UHGV virus genome: UHGV-0109010
Length of the DNA stretch: 41,638 nucleotides
Origin: a virus
Strand: one strand, 5' to 3'
Shown here one piece after another: positions 28,361 through 38,836 of this stretch; position 1 is the first letter of the stretch, and the number at the start of each line of letters is the position of its first letter. The notes beneath the pieces were generated by a model. It did no database searches. It worked only from the letters and a program-made list of their open reading frames with translations, and was not told the DNA's origin. The translations under genes and the position numbers were made by a program.

Positions 28361-29840
28361 CACCATTCCGTCGAATACGCTGGTTCCGTTGTTTTATGCG
28401 GAAATGGATAACCAGGCGGCGAATACTGCACAGGACAGCGGAGCATCGCTGCTGATTGGTCATGCCAATAACGGTGCAGAGATTGTTGCCAACAGTCTGG
28501 TACTGATGCCGTCGGCAGACTATGCACGCCAGATTTGTGGTGCGGGAAGTCAGCTGGCGCGTATGGTCGAGGCTTATCGCCAGACCGACCCGTTTGGCGA
28601 GCTGTATGTGATTGCCGTTCCTGAATCCACAGGCGCGGCGGCAACAGTTACGCTGACGGTGACCGGGGCAGCAACCGAAACCGGCACGGTGAATGTTTAT
28701 GTGGGACGTACCCGCGTGCAGGCACCGGTGACCAACGGCGATAACGTCGCGACGATTGCCAGCAGTATCAAAGATGCCATCAATGCCGTTCCGGCCCTGC
28801 CGTTTACGGCCTCATCTTCGGCTGGTGTGGTTACATTGACCGCTCGCCATAAGGGGCTTTGCGGGAATGAAATTCCTGTCAGCCTCAATTACTACGGCTT
28901 CGGTGGGGGCGAAGTGCTGCCAGCGGGCGTACAGATTGCCGTGGCGACGGGGACCGCCGGAACGGGCGCTCCGGTTCTCACCGGCGCGGTGGCTGCAATG
29001 GCGGATGAGCCGTTTGATTATATCGGTCTGCCGTTCAACGACACGGCCTCTGTTAACACGCTGGTGACCGAGATGAACGATACCAGCGGTCGCTGGAGCT
29101 ATGCGCGTCAGCTGTATGGTCATGTGTATACGGCAAAGGCCGGCACACTGTCAGAACTGGTGAACGCAGGTGACCAGTTTAACCAGCAGCACATCACCCT
29201 GGCGGGGTACGAAAAAGAGACCCAGACGCCTGCCGACGAGCTGGCAGCCAGCCGTACCGCCCGCGCAGCGGTGTTTATCCGCAACGATCCGGCACGTCCC
29301 ACGCAGACCGGTGAGATGGTGGGTATGCTGCCTGCGCCGAAGGGGAAACGGTTCACGATGACCGAACAACAGACCCTGCTGTCTCATGGCGTGGCAACGG
29401 CGTATGTCGAAAGCGGGGTACTGCGCATTCAGCGTGATGTCACCACGTACAGGAAAAACGCTTACGGGGTTGCGGATAACAGCTACCTCGACAGTGAGAC
29501 ACTGCATACCAGCGCGTATGTACTGCGCAAACTGAAATCCGTCATTACCAGTAAGTACGGGCGTCACAAGCTTGCCAGTGACGGTACCCGCTTTGGTCCC
29601 GGTCAGGCGATTGTCACCCCGGCGGTGATCAAAGGGGAACTGCTGGCAACCTACCGTCAGCTTGAGCGTGCGGGGATCGTGGAAAACTACGAACTGTTTA
29701 AGCAGTACCTGGTTGTGGAGCGTGATGCCAGCGATCCGAACCGCCTGAACACGCTGTTCCCGCCTGACTATGTTAACCAGTTGCGTGTCTTTGCCGTGGT
29801 TAACCAGTTCCGTCTTCAGTATTCAGAGGAGTCTGCATAA
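28344..29840 (+). CDS. Tail sheath protein (Mu gpL-like), 498 aa
   Basis: Size, composition and position followed by tube, chaperone and tape measure genes. Confidence 0.85.
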   Translation: MTISFNTIPSNTLVPLFYAEMDNQAANTAQDSGASLLIGHANNGAEIVANSLVLMPSADYARQICGAGSQLARMVEAYRQTDPFGELYVIAVPESTGAAATVTLTVTGAATETGTVNVYVGRTRVQAPVTNGDNVATIASSIKDAINAVPALPFTASSSAGVVTLTARHKGLCGNEIPVSLNYYGFGGGEVLPAGVQIAVATGTAGTGAPVLTGAVAAMADEPFDYIGLPFNDTASVNTLVTEMNDTSGRWSYARQLYGHVYTAKAGTLSELVNAGDQFNQQHITLAGYEKETQTPADELAASRTARAAVFIRNDPARPTQTGEMVGMLPAPKGKRFTMTEQQTLLSHGVATAYVESGVLRIQRDVTTYRKNAYGVADNSYLDSETLHTSAYVLRKLKSVITSKYGRHKLASDGTRFGPGQAIVTPAVIKGELLATYRQLERAGIVENYELFKQYLVVERDASDPNRLNTLFPPDYVNQLRVFAVVNQFRLQYSEESA

Positions 29841-30196
29841 TGGCCCGTATCGGGGGAACCTGTTATTTCAAAATTGACGGTCAGCAGCTATCGCTGACCG
29901 GCGGCATTGAGGTGCCCATGAACAGGACGGTCAATGATGACATCATCGGCCTGGACGGTTCAGTGGACCGCAAGGAAACTCACCGTGCGCCTTATGTCAA
30001 AGGGACCTTCAAGGTGCCGAAGAATTTTCCGGTGAACAAAATCACCTCGTCTGATGAGATGACAATCACTGCCGAGCTGGCGAACGGTCAGGTCTATGTA
30101 CTGTCGTCTGCCTGGCTGCACGGCGAAGCGAACCATAATGCCGAAGAAGGCACGGTTGATCTTGAGTTCCACGGTGAAGAAGGGGATTACCAGTAA
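29840..30196 (+). CDS. Tail tube protein (Mu gpM-like)
   Basis: 118 aa immediately after sheath. Confidence 0.8.
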   Translation: MARIGGTCYFKIDGQQLSLTGGIEVPMNRTVNDDIIGLDGSVDRKETHRAPYVKGTFKVPKNFPVNKITSSDEMTITAELANGQVYVLSSAWLHGEANHNAEEGTVDLEFHGEEGDYQ

Positions 30197-30465
30197 TGAA
30201 AGAGCTTGAGTTAAAGAAACCGATTACCGCTCATGGCGAGACACTCTCCGTACTGGAGTTTGATGAGCCCACCGGGAAAGATGTCCGCGAGCTGGGATAT
30301 CCCTACCAGATGAATCAGGATGAGTCCGTCAGACTTCTGGCGCATGTGGTATCGAAATACATCGTGCGGCTGGCGAAAGTGCCGCAAAGCTCTGTCGACC
30401 AGATGTCTCCGGCAGACCTGAATGCAGCGGCGTGGCTTGTGGCCGGTTTTTTCCTCCAGGCCTGA
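30196..30465 (+). CDS. Tail assembly chaperone (G-like), upstream frame
   Basis: 89-aa acidic protein between tube and tape measure; contains slippery site near 3' end. Confidence 0.75.
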   Translation: MKELELKKPITAHGETLSVLEFDEPTGKDVRELGYPYQMNQDESVRLLAHVVSKYIVRLAKVPQSSVDQMSPADLNAAAWLVAGFFLQA

Positions 30466-30614
30466 CGGCTGAATACCTCACTGATCGCTTCTTTGACTGC
30501 GCCAGTTACTGGCGCATTAATCCTTTCGAATTGCTGAATATGCCGATCAGTGAAATTCCCTTACTGGTCAGTCAGGCAAACAGGATAGAGCAGGAGAAAC
30601 GCACACATGGCTGA
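30432..30614 (+). CDS. Tail assembly chaperone -1 frameshift extension (GT-like), expressed as fusion with 30196..30453
   Basis: ORF in -1 frame overlapping 3' end of the chaperone gene and ending at the tape-measure start. Confidence 0.65.
   Translation: MACGRFFPPGLTAEYLTDRFFDCASYWRINPFELLNMPISEIPLLVSQANRIEQEKRTHG
30447..30453 (+). promoter_or_regulatory. Programmed -1 ribosomal frameshift slippery heptamer T TTT TTC
   Basis: 0-frame codons GGT TTT TTC; -1 frame continues as the 30432..30614 ORF. Confidence 0.65.
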
Positions 30615-32442
30615 ATTTGAGCTTAAGGCGTTGATCACCGGTGTCGACAGGCTTTCTCCGGCGCTGTCGAAAATGCAAAAGAAAATCCGGGGATTTAAAC
30701 GCCAGGCGGAAGAAGCGTCACAGGGTGGGCTGGCGCTTGGTGGCGGACTGGCAGCGGGTCTGACGCTTTCCCTGAAATCTTATGCCGATCAGGAAAACGC
30801 CGCCACCGGGCTGAAAGTCGCCATGATGGATGCGAACGGCGAGGTTGGAAAAAGCTTTCAGGACATCAATAAATTGGCTATTGGCCTGGGTAACCAGCTA
30901 CCCGGTACAACGGCTGATTTCCAGAACATGATGCAGATGCTGGTGCGTCAGGGGATCCCAGCAGAAAACATTCTGGGTGGTGTGGGTAAAGCGACAGCTT
31001 ATCTTGCGGTACAACTGAAAAAAACACCGGAATCGGCAGCCGAGTTTGCTGCAAAGATGCAGGATGCTACCGGAACGGCGTCAGAAGACATGATGGGGCT
31101 GTTCGACACTATCCAGAAAGCGTTTTATCTGGGCGTTGACGATACCAACATGTTGTCCTTCTTCACTAAAACCAGTTCTGTTCTGAAGATGGTGAATAAG
31201 GACGGTCTTCAGGCTGCACAGAGCCTTGCCCCTATCAGCGTCATGATGGATCAGATGGGGATGAACGGGGAGTCGGCAGGTAATGCCCTGCGAAAAGTTA
31301 TTCAGTCCGGATTAAGCGTTAAGAAAATCAGGGACGTCAATAAAGTCATGGCCCGCCAGAAACTCGGAGTGCAGCTCGATTTTACTGACGGCAAAGGGAG
31401 TTTTGGCGGTCTTGATAACATGTTCAGGCAACTGGCAAAGCTGCGAAAACTGACCGACGTTAAGCGAACAGGTGTACTTAAGGCAATATTTGGTGATGAT
31501 GCCGAAACCCTTCAGGTGGTCAATGCACTAATCGATAAAGGAAAGGATGGCTACGATCAGATCCAGCAGAAGATGAATAAACAGGCCAGCCTGAATAAAC
31601 GTGTTCAGGCCCAGCTTGGTACGCTGTCCAACCTGTGGGAGGCAATGACGGGGACCGCAACTAACGGCCTTGCGGCTATTGGCGGCGCATTTTCTGGTGA
31701 CGCCAAAAATATCACGCAATGGCTGGGGGAGTTGGGGGAGAAATTCACGAAGTTTGCGGATGAAAATCCCCGGGTTATTCGCGGCGTCGTCGGGCTTGCT
31801 GCCGGTCTTGCGATTCTGAAACTGGGATTGATGGGCGTTGGCGGTGCCATCAGTATTGTCAGCAGGATCATGTCGATGACGCCGATTGGCATGATTGCGA
31901 CGGCGATAGCCCTGGCTGCGGGATTAATTATCACTAACTGGGATGTTGTCGGACCTTATTTTAAGAAACTCTGGGAAACCATTAGTCCTTATTTTGAGGC
32001 TGGCTGGGAACTTCTGAAGAAGGTTTTTGCCTGGTCGCCGCTGGGGATGGTGATCAATAACTGGGGACCGGTTGTTAAGTGGTTTCAGGATATGTGGGAT
32101 AAGCTGAAGCCGATTATTGAATGGTTTACCGACAGTTCCGGTGACACGGTCGATGCCATTAACTCTGCGCAGTGGGGCGCGGGTGCTTATGATGCTTATG
32201 GGACGGGAATACCGGCGCGGGGATACAAACCTTATCCGGCGGTAGATCTGGCTCAGTCAAACAACGCCTCCGGTGCCACAGGCCCAAATCCCTTCATGAT
32301 TAACAAAGCTTCTGCGCCAAAAGTTGATGGTGAGATCAAGGTCTCTTTTGTGAATTCGCCTCCGGGTATGCGGGTTATGGAAACGCGATCCAGCGGTTTT
32401 GATGTCAGCCATGATGTTGGCTATACGCGCTTTGGCAGGTAA
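30607..32442 (+). CDS. Tail tape measure protein (611 aa)
   Basis: Long Ala/Gly-rich protein with TM segments after chaperone genes. Confidence 0.9.
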   Translation: MAEFELKALITGVDRLSPALSKMQKKIRGFKRQAEEASQGGLALGGGLAAGLTLSLKSYADQENAATGLKVAMMDANGEVGKSFQDINKLAIGLGNQLPGTTADFQNMMQMLVRQGIPAENILGGVGKATAYLAVQLKKTPESAAEFAAKMQDATGTASEDMMGLFDTIQKAFYLGVDDTNMLSFFTKTSSVLKMVNKDGLQAAQSLAPISVMMDQMGMNGESAGNALRKVIQSGLSVKKIRDVNKVMARQKLGVQLDFTDGKGSFGGLDNMFRQLAKLRKLTDVKRTGVLKAIFGDDAETLQVVNALIDKGKDGYDQIQQKMNKQASLNKRVQAQLGTLSNLWEAMTGTATNGLAAIGGAFSGDAKNITQWLGELGEKFTKFADENPRVIRGVVGLAAGLAILKLGLMGVGGAISIVSRIMSMTPIGMIATAIALAAGLIITNWDVVGPYFKKLWETISPYFEAGWELLKKVFAWSPLGMVINNWGPVVKWFQDMWDKLKPIIEWFTDSSGDTVDAINSAQWGAGAYDAYGTGIPARGYKPYPAVDLAQSNNASGATGPNPFMINKASAPKVDGEIKVSFVNSPPGMRVMETRSSGFDVSHDVGYTRFGR

Positions 32443-32502
32443 TGAAAAATTAATCTGTTAATGAGTCCCACTCCGGTGGGATTTTTTATGTACGGAGTTT
32501 AT

Positions 32503-33831
32503 ATGACGTGGAAAGACAGACTTCAGGACGCGTCATTTCGAGGTGTGCCGTTTAAGGTTGAAGAAGAAAGTGCGGGAACCGGCCGTCGTGTGGAAACACA
32601 CGAATATCCGAACCGCGACAAACCCTATACCGAAGATCTGGGAAAAGTCACTTTCCGCCCGTCCATCACAGCTTATGTGGTGGGAGATGACTGCTTTGAC
32701 CAGCGCGATCGCCTGATTGAAGCGCTGAATAAACCCGGTCCCGGCACGCTTGTCCATCCGACTTACGGTGAGCTGAAAGTCTGTGTTGACGGGGAAGTTC
32801 GGGTCAGCACATCGAAAAGTGAAGGACGTATTGTCCGCTTTGACCTGAAGTTTGTCGAAGCGGGAGAACTCTCTTACCCCACATCAGGTGCGGCGACGGC
32901 GCAGACGCTGATGTCATCCTGTTCTGCACTGGATGACTGCATCAGTGACAGTTTCAGTGGTTTCAGTATCGATGGCGTGGCAGATTTTGTGCAGAACGAC
33001 GTCGTCGGTAATGCCGGCACAATGCTTGGGTATATTTCTGATGCGATGAAAGTGGTGGATTCTGCCGTATCGGATGCCGCCAGGCTGTTGCAGGGGGATA
33101 TCTCGGTACTTCTGCCGCCGCCATCGTCAGGCAAAAATTTCGTTGAGCTGGTGCAGAAAATGTGGCGTACCGGGAAACGCCTTTATGGTAACGCCAGCGA
33201 CCTGGTCACCATGATCAAAACGCTTTCCGGTGTCAGCCTCGGCAGCGATCTGCAACCGCGCGGCGTCTGGAAAACGGACAGTAAAACCACCGCCACGGCG
33301 ACGCAGCAGCGTAACGTGGTTGCCAGCACCCTTCGTACGACCGCAATCAGCGAAGCGGCGTATGCCGTCACCCGATTGCCTGCGCCAACAACTTCCGCGG
33401 TGATGCAGAATGCCGCAGTGGGGCAGGCAACAACACCCGCGCAGAGCACTGGCTGGCCTTCCGTCACGCATCCGGCACTGAACAATGCACCGGCGGTGAA
33501 AAACACGGTTGACCTGCCGACGTGGGAAGAACTGACTGACATTCGCGACACACTGAATACGGCAATTGATAAGGAGTTGTCCCGTACAACCAGCGATGCG
33601 CTGTTTCTGGCGCTGCGCCGGGTGAAAGCAGATCTGAATGCGGATATCAACACGCGCCTTGAACAGTCTGCACGGATCATTCAGCGCACACCGGATGAAG
33701 TTTTACCCGCGCTGGTGCTGGCGGCGACCTGGTTTGATAACGCGGCGCGTGACGCGGACATTATCCGGCGTAATGCCATTACGCATCCCGGCTTTGTGCC
33801 GGTGATCCCTCTGAAGGTGCCAGTGCAATGA
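32503..33831 (+). CDS. DNA circularisation protein N-like (Mu gpN-like) tail/baseplate protein
   Basis: Follows tape measure; SD GGAG; Mu-like order N-P-V-W-J. Confidence 0.7.
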   Translation: MTWKDRLQDASFRGVPFKVEEESAGTGRRVETHEYPNRDKPYTEDLGKVTFRPSITAYVVGDDCFDQRDRLIEALNKPGPGTLVHPTYGELKVCVDGEVRVSTSKSEGRIVRFDLKFVEAGELSYPTSGAATAQTLMSSCSALDDCISDSFSGFSIDGVADFVQNDVVGNAGTMLGYISDAMKVVDSAVSDAARLLQGDISVLLPPPSSGKNFVELVQKMWRTGKRLYGNASDLVTMIKTLSGVSLGSDLQPRGVWKTDSKTTATATQQRNVVASTLRTTAISEAAYAVTRLPAPTTSAVMQNAAVGQATTPAQSTGWPSVTHPALNNAPAVKNTVDLPTWEELTDIRDTLNTAIDKELSRTTSDALFLALRRVKADLNADINTRLEQSARIIQRTPDEVLPALVLAATWFDNAARDADIIRRNAITHPGFVPVIPLKVPVQ

Positions 33832-34907
33832 ACGACAATGTCACGCTACGGGTAAATGGCCGGGAGTGGAATGGCTGGACATCGGTGCGCATCGGTGCCG
33901 GTATTGAACGGCTGGCGCGGGATTTCAGTGTGGAGATCACCCGCCAGTGGCCGGGAGATGAGGGTATCACCACGCTTCAGCCGCGCATTAAAAACGGTTC
34001 AAAAGTGGAAGTGCTGATTGGTGATGAGCTGGTGATCACCGGCTGGGTGGAGGCGACGCCCGTTCGTTACGATTCCCGTTCGGTCAGCACCGGTATTGCC
34101 GGACGTAGTCTGACGGCTGACCTGATTGACTGTGCAGCCGAACCGACACAGTTTAACGGACGCTCGCTGGTGCAGATTGCGCAGGCGCTTGCTGCGCCTT
34201 TCGGCATTGAGGTGGTGAACAGCGGTGCGCCGTCGGGTGTTATTCCTGATGTTCAGCCTGATCACGGTGAAACGGTGATTGAGGTAATCAACAAAATACT
34301 CGGTCAGCAGCAGGCACTGGCTTACGACGACCCGCACGGCAGGCTGGTGATTGGCGGTATTGGCTCAACGCGGGCACATACTGCGCTGGTACTCGGGGAA
34401 AACATCCTTTCCTGCGATACGGAGAAGAGTATCCGGGAGCGGTTTTCTGTTTACCAGGTGGCGGGGCAGCGTGCCGGAAACGACGATGATTTCGGTGAGG
34501 CCACCACCACCGCGCTGCGGGCCCGCACAGAGGACGCATTTATTGCCCGTTACCGTCCGATGTATATCAGGCAGACAGGGCAGGCTACGGGGGCAGGCTG
34601 TATTGCGCGTGCTGACTTTGAAGCCCGGCAACGGGCGGCGCGGACGGATGAAACCACCTATGTGGTGCAGGGCTGGCGACAGGGTAACGGTACGCTGTGG
34701 CAGCCCAACCAGCGGGTGATTGTCTTTGATCCGGTCTGTGGTTTCGACAATACCGAACTGCTTGTTTCGGAAGTCACGTTTACTCAGGACCAGAACGGCA
34801 CCCTGACGGAAATCCGTGTCGGCCCACCTGATGCTTATCTGCCTGAACCCGAAGCCCCCGGCGCGCGGAAAAAGAAAAAAGCCAGAGTACAGGAGGACCC
34901 GTTCTGA
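33828..34907 (+). CDS. Baseplate hub protein (Mu gpP-like)
   Basis: 359 aa, position in Mu-like baseplate block. Confidence 0.75.
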   Translation: MNDNVTLRVNGREWNGWTSVRIGAGIERLARDFSVEITRQWPGDEGITTLQPRIKNGSKVEVLIGDELVITGWVEATPVRYDSRSVSTGIAGRSLTADLIDCAAEPTQFNGRSLVQIAQALAAPFGIEVVNSGAPSGVIPDVQPDHGETVIEVINKILGQQQALAYDDPHGRLVIGGIGSTRAHTALVLGENILSCDTEKSIRERFSVYQVAGQRAGNDDDFGEATTTALRARTEDAFIARYRPMYIRQTGQATGAGCIARADFEARQRAARTDETTYVVQGWRQGNGTLWQPNQRVIVFDPVCGFDNTELLVSEVTFTQDQNGTLTEIRVGPPDAYLPEPEAPGARKKKKARVQEDPF

Positions 34908-35455
34908 TGAGGACGATTGAAGCCATGCAGCGACAACTCCTCGGCCTGATTGGGCGGGCAGTGGTGAAAAGCATCAGTGCCGCCACGAAATGTCAGACCG
35001 TGGATGTGTCCCTGATTGCCGGTGAACCCAAAGCCGGGGTTGAACATCTTGAACCCTACGGTTTTACCGCAAGGGCAAACAGCGGTGCGGAAGCGGTGGT
35101 GTTGTTTCCGGATGGCGACCGTTCTCATGCGGTGGTTGTTACGGTGTCGGACCGGCGCTACCGCCTGAAAGGGCTGCAGACGGGTGAGGTGGCTGTCTAT
35201 GACGATCAGGGGCAGTCTGTGACGCTGACCCGGGAGGGGATCGTGGTGGACGGTGCAGGTAAAACGATCACGTTTCGCAATGCGCCCAGAGCACGTTTTG
35301 AAATGGACCTGGAAGTGACCGGACAGGTGAAAGACCTGTGCGACTCCGGCGGTACCACCATGTCAGCGATGCGGCTTGCCTATAACGGGCATCGTCACAG
35401 AGAGAACGGTCAGGGCAGTAACACCGACAAACCTGATAAAGCGATGGAGGCATGA
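34907..35455 (+). CDS. Baseplate spike / assembly protein V (Mu gp45-like)
   Basis: 182 aa, position. Confidence 0.7.
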   Translation: MRTIEAMQRQLLGLIGRAVVKSISAATKCQTVDVSLIAGEPKAGVEHLEPYGFTARANSGAEAVVLFPDGDRSHAVVVTVSDRRYRLKGLQTGEVAVYDDQGQSVTLTREGIVVDGAGKTITFRNAPRARFEMDLEVTGQVKDLCDSGGTTMSAMRLAYNGHRHRENGQGSNTDKPDKAMEA

Positions 35456-35880
35456 TGGAACTGTGGCTGACGGTGAACGGTAAACGCACCTGCGCCAGCG
35501 CACAGCTGGATCCGCTGACCCGCGCCGTGGTGATTTCCCTGTTTACCTGGCGGCGGGCGGAGCCTGATGACAACGCCGATGTCCCGATGGGATGGTGGGG
35601 GGATACCTGGCCTGCGGTACAGAATGACCGTTACGGCTCCCGACTGTGGCTGCTTCAGCGCAGCAAACTGACCAATCAGCTGGTGCAGACGGTAAGGGGG
35701 TATATCCGCGAATGCCTGCAATGGATGATTGATGACGGCGTGGTGTCCCGTATTGATCTGGATATCCGCCGCACCGGGATTAATGAACTGGGTAACAGTA
35801 TCACTCTCTGGCGTCGTGACGGACCGGTAATGATTTCTTTTGATGATCTGTGGAGTGCGATAACGCATGGCGGACAGTGA
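35452..35880 (+). CDS. Baseplate protein W-like (Mu gp46-like)
   Basis: 142 aa, position. Confidence 0.7.
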   Translation: MMELWLTVNGKRTCASAQLDPLTRAVVISLFTWRRAEPDDNADVPMGWWGDTWPAVQNDRYGSRLWLLQRSKLTNQLVQTVRGYIRECLQWMIDDGVVSRIDLDIRRTGINELGNSITLWRRDGPVMISFDDLWSAITHGGQ

Positions 35881-36925
35881 ATTTCAGCGCCCGACGCTGG
35901 CAGAAAATATCAGTATGCTCCGTAACGATTTATTCGCCAGGCTGGACGTCAGCGACACGCTCCGGCGCATGGATGAAGACGTGCGGGCAAAGGTGTATGC
36001 GGCGGCGCTGCATACGGTTTACGGTTACATCGATTATCTGGCAATGAACATGCTGCCTGACCTGTGCGATGAGTCCTGGCTGGCGCGACATGCTGCGATG
36101 AAACGGTGTCCGCGCAAGGGGGCCACGGCTGCCAGCGGGTATATGCGCTGGGAAGGTGTCAGCGATGGCCTGAAGGTGACCGCCGGGAGTGTTATTCAGC
36201 GCGATGACCTGGTGCAGTACACGACAACTGACGATGCAACCAGCTCCGGTGGTGTCCTGCGCGTGCCGATCACTTGCTCAACTACAGGCGCGGTCGGTAA
36301 CGCTGACGACGGTACGGCATTAATCCTGGTCACGCCGGTGAATGGTCTGCCGTCTTCCGGTGTTGCAGATACCCTGACTGGCGGATTTGATACTGAAGAG
36401 CTGGAAACGTGGCGCGCCCGCGTCATTGAGCGGTATTACTGGACGCCTCAGGGCGGGGCTGACGGGGACTATGTCGTCTGGGCTAAAGAAGTGTCAGGCA
36501 TTACCCGTGCATGGACATACCGCCACTGGATGGGAACGGGGACTGTCGGTGTGATGATTGCCAGCAGTGACCTGATTAATCCCATTCCGGAAGAATCAAC
36601 GGAAACGGCGGCAAGACAACACATTGAGCCACTGGCCCCGGTGGCAGGCTCTGATTTGTATGTATTCAGGCCGGTGGCGCATAAAGTGGATTTTCATATC
36701 CGCGTGACGCCGGACACACCGGAAATACGGGCTGCCATCACCGCGGAGTTGCGTTCGTTCCTGCTGCGTGATGGTTATCCGCAGGGAGAACTGAAGGTAT
36801 CGCGTATCAGTGAGGCGATTTCCGGTGCGAACGGGGAATACAGCCATCAGTTGCTTGCACCGGCAGACAATATCTCCATTGCAAAAAATGAACTGGCGGT
36901 TCTGGGGACGATTTCATGGACGTGA
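35867..36925 (+). CDS. Baseplate J-like protein (Mu gp47-like)
   Basis: 352 aa, position. Confidence 0.75.
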   Translation: MADSEFQRPTLAENISMLRNDLFARLDVSDTLRRMDEDVRAKVYAAALHTVYGYIDYLAMNMLPDLCDESWLARHAAMKRCPRKGATAASGYMRWEGVSDGLKVTAGSVIQRDDLVQYTTTDDATSSGGVLRVPITCSTTGAVGNADDGTALILVTPVNGLPSSGVADTLTGGFDTEELETWRARVIERYYWTPQGGADGDYVVWAKEVSGITRAWTYRHWMGTGTVGVMIASSDLINPIPEESTETAARQHIEPLAPVAGSDLYVFRPVAHKVDFHIRVTPDTPEIRAAITAELRSFLLRDGYPQGELKVSRISEAISGANGEYSHQLLAPADNISIAKNELAVLGTISWT

Positions 36926-37500
36926 CAAACGATGATTACATCCGCCTGTTATCGGCACTGTTGCCGCCCGGTCCTGCATGGTCAGCCAGCGATCCGGCGA
37001 TTGCCGGTGCGGCACCTTCATTAACCCGCGTTCATCAGCGTGCGGATGCCCTGATGCGGGAGCTGGATCCGCGCACCACCACTGAACTGATAAACCGCTG
37101 GGAGCGTCTGTGCGGTCTGCCGGATGAATGTATTCCCGCAGGGACACAGACCCTTCGCCAGCGTCAGCAACGGCTGGATGCGAAGGTTAATCTGGCGGGC
37201 GGCATCAATGAGGATTTTTACCTTGCACAGCTTGCTGCCCTGGGCAGACCAGACGCCACTATCACGCGATACGATAAAAGCACGTTCACCTGCTCATCGG
37301 CCTGTACTGACGCAGTGAATGCGCCGGAATGGCGGTATTACTGGCAGGTCAACATGCCAGCCGCCACCAACACCACCTGGATGACATGTGGCGATCCCTG
37401 TGATTCCGCACTGCGTATCTGGGGCGACACCGTTGTCGAGTGCGTGCTTAACAAACTCTGCCCTTCGCATACCTACGTAATTTTTAAATATCCGGAGTAA
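36916..37500 (+). CDS. Tail protein (Mu gp48-like)
   Basis: 194 aa between baseplate J and tail fibre. Confidence 0.65.
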   Translation: MDVTNDDYIRLLSALLPPGPAWSASDPAIAGAAPSLTRVHQRADALMRELDPRTTTELINRWERLCGLPDECIPAGTQTLRQRQQRLDAKVNLAGGINEDFYLAQLAALGRPDATITRYDKSTFTCSSACTDAVNAPEWRYYWQVNMPAATNTTWMTCGDPCDSALRIWGDTVVECVLNKLCPSHTYVIFKYPE

Positions 37501-37503
37501 TCC

Positions 37504-38208
37504 ATGCATCGTATAGACACGAAAACCGCGCAGAAGGATAAGTTCGGCGCGGGTAAGAACGGTTTTACCCGTGGTAACCCCCAGACCGGCACACCTGCCA
37601 CCGATCTGGATGATGACTACTTTGACATGTTGCAGGAAGAACTTTGTAGCGTGGTGGAGGCCTCCGGTGCCAGCCTGGAGAAAGGGCGGCATGACCAGAT
37701 GCTTACCGCACTTCGTGCGCTGCTGTTAAGCCGCAAGAATCCGTTTGGCGATATCAAATCGGATGGCACTGTGCAAACGGCTCTCGAAAACCTTAGTTTA
37801 GGAGAAGGCTCAGCATTGCCTGTTGGCGTACCTGTTCCGTGGCCTTCAGTCACACCGCCAACAGGCTGGCTGAAATGCAACGGTGCAGCTTTTTCTGCCG
37901 AAGAGTATCCGGAACTGGCAAAAGTTTATCCGACAAATAAATTGCCAGATTTACGCGGCGAATTCATTCGTGGGTGGGATGATGGAAGAGGAATTGATTC
38001 AGGACGGACTCTCCTGTCTGCTCAGGACGGGAGCATTGAGGCACACGGCCATGATTACAATGGGGCCATCTATACTTCTAGCGGTCCTTCCTGGGCTAAT
38101 ACGACGGATGCGGGACACCGGGCATATTCGGGATTTACATCATCATATGGCGGGAGCGAAACCCGTCCACGAAATATTGCATTTAACTATATCGTGAGGG
38201 CTGCATAA
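37504..38208 (+). CDS. Tail fibre protein (receptor-binding)
   Basis: 234 aa Gly/Ser-rich C-terminal region; followed by tail fibre assembly gene. Confidence 0.7.
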   Translation: MHRIDTKTAQKDKFGAGKNGFTRGNPQTGTPATDLDDDYFDMLQEELCSVVEASGASLEKGRHDQMLTALRALLLSRKNPFGDIKSDGTVQTALENLSLGEGSALPVGVPVPWPSVTPPTGWLKCNGAAFSAEEYPELAKVYPTNKLPDLRGEFIRGWDDGRGIDSGRTLLSAQDGSIEAHGHDYNGAIYTSSGPSWANTTDAGHRAYSGFTSSYGGSETRPRNIAFNYIVRAA

Positions 38209-38807
38209 TGGATAACGCCGTATTAAATAGCGAGCTTATTGCCACGAAGGCGGGGAATATTACTGTTTATAACTATGATGGTGAGACGCGGGAATATATT
38301 TCTGCATCAACTGAATATCTTGCAGTGGGTGTCGGTATTCCAGCATATTCCTGTTTAGACGCTCCTGGTACATCTAAGGCTGGTTATACAATTTGCCGTT
38401 CTGTGGATTTAAAATCATGGGAATATGTGTCAGACCATCGCGGTGAAATCGTCTATAACACCGAAACGGGAGAATCGAAAGAAATCACAGCTCCGGGTGA
38501 TTATCCTGAAAATACAACCACTATCGCCCCGTTAACGCCATACGATAAATGGGATGGTGAAAAATGGGTGACGGATATCAATGCTCAGCACGTAGCGGAA
38601 GTGGAAGCGGCAGAGCAACAGAAATCTGTGCAGCTTCTGTTCGCAAAGGAAAAGATCATTCTTTGGCAGACTGAATTACAGCTGGGAATTATCAGCGACG
38701 AAGATAAAGAAAAACTAATATCTTGGGTGAACTATATCAAAGCTGTTCAGGCAGTAGATACCCAGAAAGCTCACAATATCATCTGGCCTAAAAAACCATT
38801 CATATAA
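38208..38807 (+). CDS. Tail fibre assembly chaperone (Tfa)
   Basis: 199 aa, position after tail fibre; family assigned from order and size. Confidence 0.75.
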   Translation: MDNAVLNSELIATKAGNITVYNYDGETREYISASTEYLAVGVGIPAYSCLDAPGTSKAGYTICRSVDLKSWEYVSDHRGEIVYNTETGESKEITAPGDYPENTTTIAPLTPYDKWDGEKWVTDINAQHVAEVEAAEQQKSVQLLFAKEKIILWQTELQLGIISDEDKEKLISWVNYIKAVQAVDTQKAHNIIWPKKPFI

Positions 38808-38811
38808 ATAA

Positions 38812-38836
38812 ACGCCCCTTATGGGGCGTATTTTGC
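38812..38836. terminator. Bidirectional rho-independent terminator (ACGCCCC-TTAT-GGGGCGT) shared by tfa and the convergent acyltransferase gene
   Basis: Perfect 7-bp stem flanked by A/T runs on both sides; overlaps the acyltransferase stop codon. Confidence 0.7.

Noticed and set aside
33183-33680. 165-aa and other minus-strand ORFs inside the baseplate genes
   Set aside because: Antisense overlap with a long plus-strand structural gene; typical GC-rich artefact.
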